This document shows, one piece after another, positions 24,040-33,597 of a stretch of 64,000 nt of DNA (position 1 is the first letter of the stretch; each line of letters opens with the position of its first letter). The notes below the pieces were generated by a model. That model was not told the DNA's origin. It saw only the letters and a list, made by a program, of their open reading frames with translations, and ran no database searches. The position numbers and the translations under genes were made by a program. Origin of the DNA: Macrostomum lignano (lineage: Eukaryota); assembly GCA_002269645.1 (NCBI GenBank), contig NIVC01002080.1:1-64000 (forward strand), written 5' to 3'.

Positions 24040-24448
24040 CTGTACAAAAATCGCTGCTAAATGCCTGCAGTTGTTCGTCTAAATCGGCATCAGAGGCGGC
24101 CTCGCACAGCTGGGGCAGCAGCTGCACCATCAGCAGCACGTAATCGTTGGCGCACTGAGCCTGGTCATCCTGAGGCTGCTGCCCGCTATCCGAGCAGGCG
24201 CTGCTGGTAGCGGCAAACTCGGACGAGGCGTCACCAGTCGAGCTGTCGCCGTCCTGACAGACAGCGGCAGATGAAGCAGCCGCGGCGGCGGCGGATGCGT
24301 CAAAGAAGGCCTCGGCGATGACGGCGGGATCGGCTAGCTCGGCTAGATCGGTCTTGGCGCAGCCGGCCAGCTGCTCAATTGTGGTGAGCAGGGTGTGCAT
24401 CAGGTCTACGGATAGGTAGCGCAGGCCGCTGTCCGAGCTGCGGGACAC
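24040..24448 (-). CDS. ARFGEF3: ARFGEF3 exon 4
   Basis: ORF 23975-24448; DLDEQLQAFSSDFCTG matches EVDTALQNFASTFCSG. CAG/GTGAG boundaries, phase 0-1. Confidence 0.85.
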
Positions 24449-24639
24449 CTGTTCGGAAAATGTTCAGATAATCAAAGTATTGATCACTTAATGTGCTAGC
24501 CGATGAGAAGTGCAGGGCCGCTGTAACACCCTGAGCGAGTCCGTGTGTGTGTGTGCTCAGAGATCAGCGAAACAGGCAAGCAGCTCAACTGACTGTCAGA
24601 TGGATCTGAGAGATTGCTAGAGGCATCGAAATCAGTGCT

Positions 24640-24780
24640 AGTGGGAGTGGGAGGGCGCCACAATCAGTGCTAGGGGGCGCCACAATCAGTGCTAGGGGGC
24701 GCCACAATCAGTGCTAGGGGGCGCCACAGTCAGTGCTAGTGGGGGGGGGCGCCACAATCAGTTCTGGGGGCGCCATAGTG
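24640..24780. repeat. 22-bp tandem repeat CAGTGCTAGGGGGCGCCACAAT
   Basis: About 5 copies just upstream of SINE copy 2. Confidence 0.8.
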
Positions 24781-24807
24781 AGCCAGTCAGTTTCTCAAGC
24801 CTAGGCT

Positions 24808-25090
24808 GCAGTTGTAGCCTATTGGTAAGAGCGTCGGACTCACGACTGAAAGGTCGGGGGTTCGATTCCCAATCCACTCGGAACAATGTATCCTTGAGCA
24901 AGACACTTAACTCTGCATTGCTTCAGTTCACCCAGCTGTAAAATGGGTGCCAGCATTAGCTGGGGTAATTGAGGGTGTGTGGCGACCCCCCAGTCCTTGG
25001 ACTGAACAGCCGTACGCAGCCTTCAGCTAGGCTGAGCTGTTGCACATCTGCTCATTATGACAGGTGTAATAAAATATTATTATTATTATC
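24808..25090 (+). mobile_element. tRNA-derived SINE, copy 2 (ARFGEF3 intron 3)
   Basis: A-box TAGCCTATTGG, B-box GGTTCGATTCC, SINE2-like core CCTTGAGCAAGACACTTAACTCT...CACCCAGCTGTAAAATGGGT and (TTA)n tail. Confidence 0.85.
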
Positions 25091-25108
25091 AAGCCAATGC
25101 CAGCCCAC

Positions 25109-25879
25109 CTCAACAATGCAGTCAACAACGATGCGCAGCAGGCCCAGATTGCTTCTAGCATCCAAAGGCCGGCCAGTGTCCGGGTCGAGCTTGGGCCCGG
25201 CCAATCGGAGCAGGCCGGCCGGGCTCTGCAGCAGCGGCCGAATCGCCCGCAGTGCCGGGGCTCGCATCTGCACTGGCGGGTACAGCAGCATCCGGTTGAA
25301 CAGGGCCTGCATCGGCGTGTGCAGCGGGGCCCGGGCGCCAACCAACCAGAGGCAGCGGACGGCCAGCTCGTAGCAGGCCCTCGCGGCTCCCTCAGGCAGC
25401 TCCGGCGCACCGCTGGACACGCCGGAGCCGCGGCCGAGTGTTGGTGAGCCGCCTCCGCCGCTGCCGCTGCCGCCGCCGGGCCGTTCGCAGCGCTGATTGG
25501 CTAGCAGGCTTACAAGGCAGGGACACAGTCGGCGCCAGAGCAGCTCGGAAAATGCAACAGAATTGGCGCCAACACGGGCGGGCAGGCGGGCTAAGGCGCT
25601 GCCGAGGCCGTCTAGCAGGATGGGCAGGGAGGCCCGGTTCGATGTCGCTGCGGATTCGATCCGATCAACCAGGTGAGTCAGCAGATCCATCGCGCCACTC
25701 TCCCATTCTTCGCTGGAGGCGGACACTTCGGCGCCATTGTTGTCAGCTGTATCGGCGGCATTGTCGTCAATTCCACCGCAGCGTTCGATGTAGCCGCGCA
25801 ACAGCTGGGTCAGGGTGGCCTTGGCGGCCATCTTCACTGCCGAATCCGCGCCAGATAGGGAGAATGCGTCAACGCATGC
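25109..25879 (-). CDS. ARFGEF3: ARFGEF3 exon 3
   Basis: LLWRRLCPCLVSLL and MQALFNRMLLYPPVQMRAPALRAIRPLLQSPAGLLRLAGP match ARFGEF3 (LIWKNLCPALIVIL; LQSLYHRVLLYPPPQHRVEAIKIMKEILGSPQRLCDLAGP). CAG/GTGGG boundaries, phase 0-0. Confidence 0.9.
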
Positions 25880-25989
25880 CTGCCATGGGGAAACAGGGAA
25901 TACCTTTATAAGCTTTATAGGAACCTTTTGTTCCACTCTTCCTTCTTCACCCCTTGCTGCTATTCAATTGTCTTCGCATTGAAATCATT

Positions 25990-26900
25990 CAGATCATTCA
26001 GTCTCCTGTGGTCTCTCCTCTAGCATCTTCTAGATCTCCTTCAGTATCTTCTAGCTCTATTTCAGTATCAGCTCTCCTTCGGTCTCCTCTAGCTCTCCTT
26101 CAGCTCTCCTTCAGTATCTTCTAGCTCTATTTCAGTATCCAGCTCTCCTTCGGTCTCCTCTAGCTCTCCTTCAGTATCCTTCAGCTCTGCTTCAGTATCT
26201 TCTAGCTCTATTTCAGTATCCAGCTCTCCTTCAGTTATCCTGTCTCTCCTTTAGCATCTTCTATCTCTCCTTCAGTATTCTCTGTCTCTCCTTCAGTATC
26301 CTCTGTCTCTCCTTTAGCATCTTCTAGCTCTCCTTCAGTATCCTCTGTCTCTCCTTCAGTATCCTGTCTCTCCTTCAGTATCCTCTGTCTCTCCTTCAGT
26401 ATCCTGTCTCTCCTTCAGTATCCTCTAGCTCTCCTTCAGTATCCTCTAGCTCTCCTTCAGTATCCTCTGTCTCTCCTTCAGTATCCTCTGTCTCTACTTC
26501 AGTATCCTCTGTCTCTATTTCAGTATCCAGCTCTCCTTCAGTTATCCTGTCTCTCCTTTAGCATCTTCTAGCTCTCCTTCAGTATCCTCTGTCTCTCCTT
26601 CAGTATCCTCTGTCTCTCCTTTAGCATCTTCTAGCTCTCCTTCAGTATCCTCTGTCTCTCCTTCAGTATCCTGTCTCTCCTTCAGTATCCTCTGTCTCTC
26701 CTTCAGTATCCTCTAGCTCTCCTTCAGTATCCTCTGTCTCTATTTCAGTATCCAGCTCTCTGTCTCTTATCCTGTCTCTCCTTTAGCATCTTCTAGCTCT
26801 CCTTCAGTATCCTCTGTCAATCCTTCAGTATCCTATAGCTCTCTTTCAGTATCCTGTCTCTCTTCTAGCTCTCCTTCAGTCTCCTCTAGCTCTCCTTAAG
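25990..26900. repeat. ~21-23-bp minisatellite CTCTCCTTCAGTATCCTCTGT
   Basis: Tandem array in intron 2. Confidence 0.9.
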
Positions 26901-27224
26901 TATTTTAATAAATCAAAAAGTGAGCATTTAGACATAAGAAGCTGATTGATCGCAGAGAGCAGCTTTTCACCAGGCAATATTTCCCTTTTCCCTTCATGTG
27001 TACTGCAAGCAAAATTAGAAACCTTATACCGCATTAAAAAAACGTATTGAATAGCATTCAATTTTTAAAGCAATCAACAACTACTGCACCCAAGAAATGT
27101 TTCACAATGCTCTGTGAAACACGCCCTGGGTGGCAAGCTGATTGAGTTTCTTATTGCTGGCATTTCAATCTCCAACATTCCTACAGCTCTCCTTCATCTT
27201 CTCACTCTAAGTTATTAAACTTAT

Positions 27225-27930
27225 TCTTCCCTCTCTCCTCTCCTTCCCTACTTCCCAGTCTATTCCTCACCTCTCTTCTCCCTCCCTGCTGTCCTCTCTT
27301 TCTCTCTGTCTCTCCTCTCCTTTCCCTCTCCTTCCCTCTCCTTCCCCTCTCTCTCCTCTCCTTCCTCTCTCCTCTCCTCACCTTCCCCTCTCCTCTCCTC
27401 ACCTTCCCCTCTCCTCTCCTCACCTTCCCCTCTCCTCTCCTCACCTTCCCCTCTCCTCTCCTTTCCCTCTCCTTCCCTCTCCTCTCCTTTCCCTCACCTT
27501 CCCTCTCCTCTCCTCACCTTCCCCTCTCCTCTCCTCTCCTTCCCCTCTCCTCTCCTCACCTTCCCCTCTCCTCTCCTCACCTTCCCCTCTCCTCTCCTCA
27601 CCTTCCCCTCTCCTCTCCTCACCTTCCCCTCTCCTCTCCTTCCCCTCTCCTCTCCTCACCTTCCCCTCTCCTCTCCTCACCTTCCCCTCTCCTCTCCTTC
27701 CCCTCTCCTCTCCTCACCTTCCCCTCTCCTCTCCTCACCTTCCCCTCTCCTCTCCTCACCTTCCCCTCTCATCTCCTCACCTTCCCCTCTCCTCTCCTCA
27801 CCTTCCCCTCTCCTCTCCTTCCTCTCTCCTCTCCTTCCCCTCTCCTCTCCTTCTTCTCTCCTCTCCTTCCCTACTCCTCTCCTTCCCCTCTTCTATTCCC
27901 CTCTCTTCTCCCTTCCCTCCTCTCCTCTGA
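27225..27930. repeat. Polypyrimidine array, 21-bp unit CTTCCCCTCTCCTCTCCTCAC
   Basis: About 700 bp of almost pure C/T. Confidence 0.92.
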
Positions 27931-28429
27931 TTGTAGCCCCTTGCCTCCTTTCCCTTTTTTTTGCGTCTCTGTATCCATATCTGTTACAATAAGGTTAAAA
28001 GTTTGAGTATACGAGTACCAACATTAGCCATATTATTCAGTTTTGTTAAAATCAATAAAGTCACGAGCAAGATAGGTTAATTAAAAAAGCTAAAATATTG
28101 CATACAATCAGATAGTTAAATTGGTGTAACAAACAAGTTACCACCGCAATTGGCGTTAAATAAAACCATATTAAATAACGCGAAAGTTACGGCAAATAAA
28201 ATTTCAAACCTGCGACTGCACCGATTCCGATTGTCCGCCAGCTCCAGCTGACATGGCCCGAGAGGCTTTGTCAGCTAGCGGGACAATCACCGAACTGATT
28301 GCGTCTTTGAGCCTATTGCGAGAGGCTGCGTACACTGACACGCATAGCTGGTGGTTGGCGCGAATACAGGCTTACTGTTGTGTATTATAAAATACGGATA
28401 GACAGCTAGGCTGAAATACATGATGTAAT

Positions 28430-29080
28430 ATGGGGCTGGCGGTCACTCCCGAGTCTTGAAGCATTGCGGGGAGGTGGGGCTGGCGGTCACTCTGGAGTCT
28501 TGAAGCATTGCGGGGAGGTGGGGCTGGTGGTCACTCCCGAGTCTTGAAGCATTGCGGGAAGGTGGGGCTGGTGGTCACTCCCCAGTCTTGAAGCATTGCG
28601 GGAAGGTGGGGCTGGTGGTCACTCCCGAGTCTTGAAGCATTGCGGGAAGGTGGGGCTGGCGGTCACTCCCGAGTCTTGAAGCATTGCGGGAAGGTGGGGC
28701 TGGCGGTCACTCCCGAGTCTTGAAGCATTGCGGGAAGGTGGGGCTGGCGGTCACTCCCGAGTCTTGAAGCATTGCGGGAAGGTGGGGCTGGCGGTCACTC
28801 CCGAGTCTTGAAGCATTGCGGGAAGGTGGGGCTGGTGGTCACTCCCCAGTCTTGAAGCATTGCGGGAAGGTGGGGCTGGCGGTCACTCCCGAGTCTTGAA
28901 GCATTGCGGGAAGGTGGGGCTGGTGGTCACTCCCCAGTCTTGAAGCATTGCGGGAAGGTGGGGCTGGCGGTCACTCCCGAGTCTTGAAGCATTGCGTGGA
29001 GGTGGCGGTCACTCTGGAGTCTTGAAGCATTGCGGGGAGGTGGCGGTCACTCTGGAGTCGTGAAACATCGCTGGGAGGTG
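28430..29080. repeat. 44-bp tandem repeat TGGGGCTGGCGGTCACTCCCGAGTCTTGAAGCATTGCGGGAAGG
   Basis: About 14 near-identical head-to-tail copies with no spacers. Confidence 0.92.
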
Positions 29081-29359
29081 AAGCTGACAGCCACTTAAGC
29101 AATTAAAAAGCCGGACACCTGCCCTTATTCATGGTGTTAATAAATTTGTGGCTTCGAATCCAAACAATTCGAAACAAGTATTTTAGATCAATAATAACGT
29201 GAAATGAAATAGGTACTTTAAGAACAGCTGATAAGCATTTTTATTGTATTTCGTCACAACAGAACAAATAAACATTTTGAAGTATAGAGAAGCGTGTCAC
29301 ACAACAACTAAAACAGATTATCTAAGTAACATTCTAGCAAGCGCTTATCTGCAGCTCAC

Positions 29360-29443
29360 CTCCAGTACGCGATTGACAACCTTGCCATGCCAGACCCAGC
29401 AGCAGGTGCAAACCATGTCCAGTAACAGCCGCATCACCTCAAT
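29360..29443 (-). CDS. ARFGEF3: ARFGEF3 exon 2 (84 bp, IEVMRLLLDMVCTCCWVWHGKVVNRVLE)
   Basis: Not in the ORF track. CAG acceptor and GTGAG donor, phase 0-0; continues the ARFGEF3 motif LQ-VEVMKVLL. Confidence 0.8.
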
Positions 29444-29519
29444 CTGTTGACGGGTGTAAATGTATTCCATAATTTATATACCAGTCCTATAATTCATTAT
29501 TATACCAACGATTCCCAAT

Positions 29520-29912
29520 AGTACTACAATCCACTACTTCTTGATTCACTAATCTTATAATCCACTACTTCTATAATTCACTAATCCTATAACACAATAG
29601 TCCTATACTCCACTAATCATATAATCCACTAATCCGAAAATCCACTAATTCGAAAATCCACTAATCCTATAATACATTAATCCTATACTCCACTAATTCT
29701 ATAATCCACTAATCCACTAATCCTATAATACATTAATCCTATAATCCACTAATTCTATAATCCACTAATCCTATAATACATTAATCCTATAATCCACTAA
29801 TTATATAATACAATAATCCTATACTCCACTAATCCTATAATCCACTAATCCGAAAATCCACTAATCCTATAATCCACTAATCCGAAAATCTACTAGTTCT
29901 ATAATCCACTCT
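29520..29912. repeat. Degenerate ~16-bp repeat CCACTAATCCTATAAT
   Basis: Fills intron 1, next to the exon 1 donor. Confidence 0.8.
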
Positions 29913-29928
29913 GTTCACACCAACCCAC

Positions 29929-30378
29929 CTGCAGGTCATCAGGCAGAGAGTGCGTGGCCCACACGGCGTCCAGCACCTGCATTGGGGCCCAGTCGCGCTC
30001 CCGCTCGGACTCCATTGCGTCGCTGAACCGGGCGTCGTGCACCAGGCGTCGAATACCGCGCAGCGCGGCCGAAGCCAACGACCGGTTGCCGGACTCCAGC
30101 GCCAGCTGCAGCGGCTCGAGACAGGCCGACCTGAGCTCGTGAGCTGGCACCGAGGACTGGCTTCGATCAGCTGAACTGCTGAGCATAGCCAGCGCCTTGT
30201 CCACTGACTGGCGCAGGCCGGACACTTTGGCGCCATCTTTGGCGCACAGACTGGACAGGCAGGACTCGATACTGTCATCAGGGACTGACGATGGCGTTGG
30301 AGTTGCCGATTGGCTCGGCTGGCCTCCTTGCGGATGAGGCCGCTGCTGCTGCTGCTGAGGGCCGCTGACAACGCTCAT
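29929..30378 (-). CDS. ARFGEF3: ARFGEF3/BIG3 (brefeldin A-inhibited GEF 3-like), coding exon 1 of 11
   Basis: ELRSACLEPLQLALESGNRSLASAALRGIRRL and VLDAVWATHSLPDDLQ match the N-terminal DCB region of ARFGEF3 (LREKCLLPLQLALESKN..., ILNAVKVTPSLNEDLQ). ATG at 30378, GTGGGT donor, phase 0. Confidence 0.9.
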
Positions 30379-30669
30379 CTCAGCGGGCCCAGTGGTTCAC
30401 AAGCCATCAATATTATCGAATTCAATTGATGCCATTGCTTTACATGTCAGCCAAAGGATAGTAAAAATGCTTATAGCCTACTGAGTAGTAGAACAGTACA
30501 AATTTTCTCTCGAATTTTATAATTTTCTCTACAAGATTTCTGATATTTTACGATTCCCTATCTTACTTTCTGATGGAATCCTGTAGTTAATTTTTCATAC
30601 ACTTTTACGGCAATCTGCATTGTGTTCTTTTGACAGGTTGCGCCGTTGCGGTGGATACTTATGGAAGTA

Positions 30670-31270
30670 AAGGATTCTTATGGCAGTTTGTAGTGTAGTG
30701 GATTCTTATGGCAGTTTATAAAGGATTCTTATGGCAGTTTGTCTTGGATTCTTATGGCAGTTTGTCTTGGATTCTTATGGCAGTTTGTAGTGGATTCTGA
30801 TGGTAGTTTGTAGTGGATTCTGATGGCAGTTTGTAGTGGATTCTTATGGCAGTTTGTCTTGGATTCTTATGGCAGTTCGTCTTGGATTCTTATGGCAGTT
30901 TGTCTTGGATTCTTATGGCAGTTTGTAGTGGATTCTGATGGCAGTTTGTAGTGGATTCTGATGGTAGTTTGTAGTGGATTCTGATGGCAGTTTGTAGTGG
31001 ATTCTTATGGCAGTTTGTCTTGGATTCTTATGGCAGTTTGTCTTGGATTCTTATGGCAGTTTGTCTTGGATTCTTATGGCAGTTTGTAGTGGATTCTGAT
31101 GGCAGTTTGTAGTGGATTCTGATGGTAGTTTGTAGTGGATTCTGATGGCAGTTTGTAGTGGATTCTTATGGCAGTTTGTCTTGGATTCTTATGGCAGTTT
31201 GTAGTGGATTCTGGTGGCAGTTTGTAGTGGATTCTGATGGCAGTTTGTAGTGGATTCTTTTGGCATATTG
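30670..31270. repeat. 23-bp minisatellite GGATTCTTATGGCAGTTTGTCTT/AGT
   Basis: Tandem array ~300 bp upstream of the ARFGEF3 start, with two variants alternating in blocks. Confidence 0.9.
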
Positions 31271-31894
31271 TAGTTTATTTTTAGGGCAGTCTCAGCCCTC
31301 GTAAGAAAAGTACGGCTACACAGTCAAATTACATTGACTGTCAACAGAGATCAAAGTACTTCATAGAAAAACTGTGCCTATAGTACTGCTTTCTAGTTTA
31401 GACTGCAGTCTCTCTAAATAATGAAAATCTGCAGAAATTCAATACTTTAATCTTAAAAATTCTAATGCTCAAATTCACAAGTAGGTTAGAACTATTTTTC
31501 CTAACAAAACTATAGTACGAAAGTCTAGAAAGACAGAAAAATCAATACAATTTAAAATATAAGCAATGTAGTGTAAAAAAATTCTTAAGTCATTTTGTAA
31601 TTTCGTATTTTAATAGCACAGCCCGACAGACAAATTAGGACAATTGTGAAAAAAATAGCAGCATCACAGTAAAGTTCAGACTGTAGTTTCGCAGAAACCA
31701 TTGCAAGCAAAAATTGCGAATAGCAGAAGAAAACATAGGACGGAATTGTAGCCAAAGGGCATAGATACATTGTTACCTGCTAGCCACAAAGACTTTCTGT
31801 TTCAATTATAGACCAACTGAGAATGGCTATGGCCGAAACAGCATTGACTCAGCGCGAAGCCATCGAGAGGACTTCACGCTTGCATCCAAACTTT

Positions 31895-32712
31895 AAATCC
31901 TACAGAATTGAGATTAGTTTGGGCCATAGACAACTCGCAAATTTTCGACTAAGACACAAGAAAGTCGGCTTTAAAATTTCGTCCTTATTGGCACCAAGGA
32001 CTACTGAAAAACTCAGGACGCACAACTTACACTTGGTAGATTTTTTTCAAGGCCCGCCTCAAAGCATTGTCTATAGTAAAAAGCCTCTACTAGATTTGAA
32101 GATTTGAATTGCAACGTTTGAAGTCGTGTTGCTTGTAGGAAAGTGTATGCATCAGTCGAGTTTACCGTCTTGAGCAGGGGCGTCGCCATGGATTTTAAAA
32201 TGGGGGGGGGACAAAGCCAAGAATTCAACATGTACATGTACATGACCAGATTCCTACATTTCCATTACCTTGAGAATCGTGTTGTCAGCGCTTATTTTGG
32301 CGCCGCAGGCACTCATTTTGGCGCTATATTTCAGCGCCCTGAAGAAAAATTATTGATTACAACAACGGGTCACAAAATGGGATGGGGGACAAAGCTGGCA
32401 TGTCCCCCATAGCTTTTACTGGGGTTGCTTTTTCTGGGGCTGTCCCTCCCCTCGGTGGCGACGCGCCTGGTCTCGAGTGATTAAGTTGTCCTTGGTATAT
32501 ATATGTATTTGCTCATAGAGACTTTTTACCATAGAGAATTCTTTCAGGCGGGCCTTAAAAAGTTTCTACTAAGTTTAAGTTCTGCCTCCCGAGTTTTTCA
32601 GTAGTGTCCTTGATTGGCACTATAGAAGACGACCTACTTACTCGTTGATATATGCCCTCAGTCCGGGTTTTGTCTATGGCCCAACCTATTGTTATTCTAC
32701 AGGATTTCAACT
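31895..32712. repeat. Long imperfect inverted repeat (foldback/MITE-like), arms ~31895-32095 and ~32520-32712
   Basis: Arm 1 CTACTGAAAAACTCAGGACGCACAACTTACACTTGGTAG..AAGGCCCGCCTCAAAG and TTGGGCCATAGACAA recur as reverse complements in arm 2. Confidence 0.7.
32175..32469. mobile_element. hAT-type MITE
   Basis: TIRs CAGGGGCGTCGCCA / TGGCGACGCGCCTG and an 8-bp TSD GTCTTGAG / GTCTCGAG. Confidence 0.8.
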
Positions 32713-32748
32713 TTCTACGAAAGGATCCTGAGCTGGCAGCGATCGCAG

Positions 32749-33597
32749 TTAATTCAACAGTAGTCGTTTAACAAAAACCCCGGCCGCTTCGGCCAAAAAG
32801 TCGGCCAAAGGCATCGGACTCTGCAGCGCCGCTAATTGTTGCTGCCTAGACGAAGCCAATGCCGACCGACCGCCAGTGCTTCTAGAAGAAGAATTCGCCG
32901 CTGGCGCCGGCGGCTTAGCATTAGCCAAGGCTTCCCTCAGCGAATACGGCGACAGACTGTCCATTCGATCGAACAAACTAGCGCCGCCGCCAATCTCGTC
33001 GGGTGCGATGGCGGCATCCAGCAGCTGCAGCAGGCAGGCGCAAGCTGCCCGATTATTACTGCCGGGCTTCAAGCAGCCGGCCACAACTTCGGCATCGGCG
33101 TACAGAGCTACACAATCGGCCATGTAAGCTTTGAAAGCCAGCACGGACATCACAGCCGAATAGAATCTGCCAAATTGTACAGCCGCCTGCGGTCGAAGGC
33201 GCAGCCGTTGAAGCAGCACACCGGAGCCGCCAGGCGGAGCGTCACGCAGCAGCAGTTCCATCAGCTGAGTAAAGTGCAAGCCGCATACGGCGTATTGTCT
33301 GCATTCGTCGCGTTGCATTTGGCGCAAACAATCGAAGGCCTCTTTTACTGAGAACAGAAAGCCGGGACTCTGCCAGTTGGCCTGGGTCAGGCTATTCTTG
33401 GCCTGCTCCAAGTCGGCTGGCCGGCCCTCCGTGCTGGCAAAGAATTCGGCAAGGTAAGCCAATGGGTCGGCCGGCTGTTGGGCGCCTAACCGACCGAGGG
33501 CCTCCTTAACCAGGCCTGGCACTCCGTGGCGAGTCAGGAAGGCTTTGTCAGATTCGCCACCACTTGGCGGAGGTGGCAACTGCTGCTGCTCAGACAT
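32749..33597 (-). CDS. TPGS1: Tubulin polyglutamylase complex subunit 1-like, single exon, 282 aa
   Basis: ESDKAFLTRHGVPGLVKEALGRLGAQQPADPLAYLAEFF is the RIIa/Dpy-30-like N-terminus of TPGS1 ([39 protein letters not shown]). C-terminal PMPLADFLAEAAGVFVKRL also matches. Confidence 0.85.
   Translation of the reverse strand: MSEQQQLPPPPSGGESDKAFLTRHGVPGLVKEALGRLGAQQPADPLAYLAEFFASTEGRPADLEQAKNSLTQANWQSPGFLFSVKEAFDCLRQMQRDECRQYAVCGLHFTQLMELLLRDAPPGGSGVLLQRLRLRPQAAVQFGRFYSAVMSVLAFKAYMADCVALYADAEVVAGCLKPGSNNRAACACLLQLLDAAIAPDEIGGGASLFDRMDSLSPYSLREALANAKPPAPAANSSSRSTGGRSALASSRQQQLAALQSPMPLADFLAEAAGVFVKRLLLN

Noticed and set aside
24808-24880. tRNA gene
   Set aside because: A/B boxes only, no full cloverleaf, and it continues into a SINE body and tail.
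28205-28375. Exon-like GC island on the minus strand (ACIRANHQLCVSVY...SVQSQ|GTTTGA) in ARFGEF3 intron 2
   Set aside because: The nearest CAG acceptor is followed by an in-frame TAA, and no acceptor gives the required phase 0.
28430-29080. 44-bp regularly repeated unit resembling a CRISPR array
   Set aside because: Head-to-tail repeats with no unique spacers, no cas genes, and located in a eukaryotic intron.
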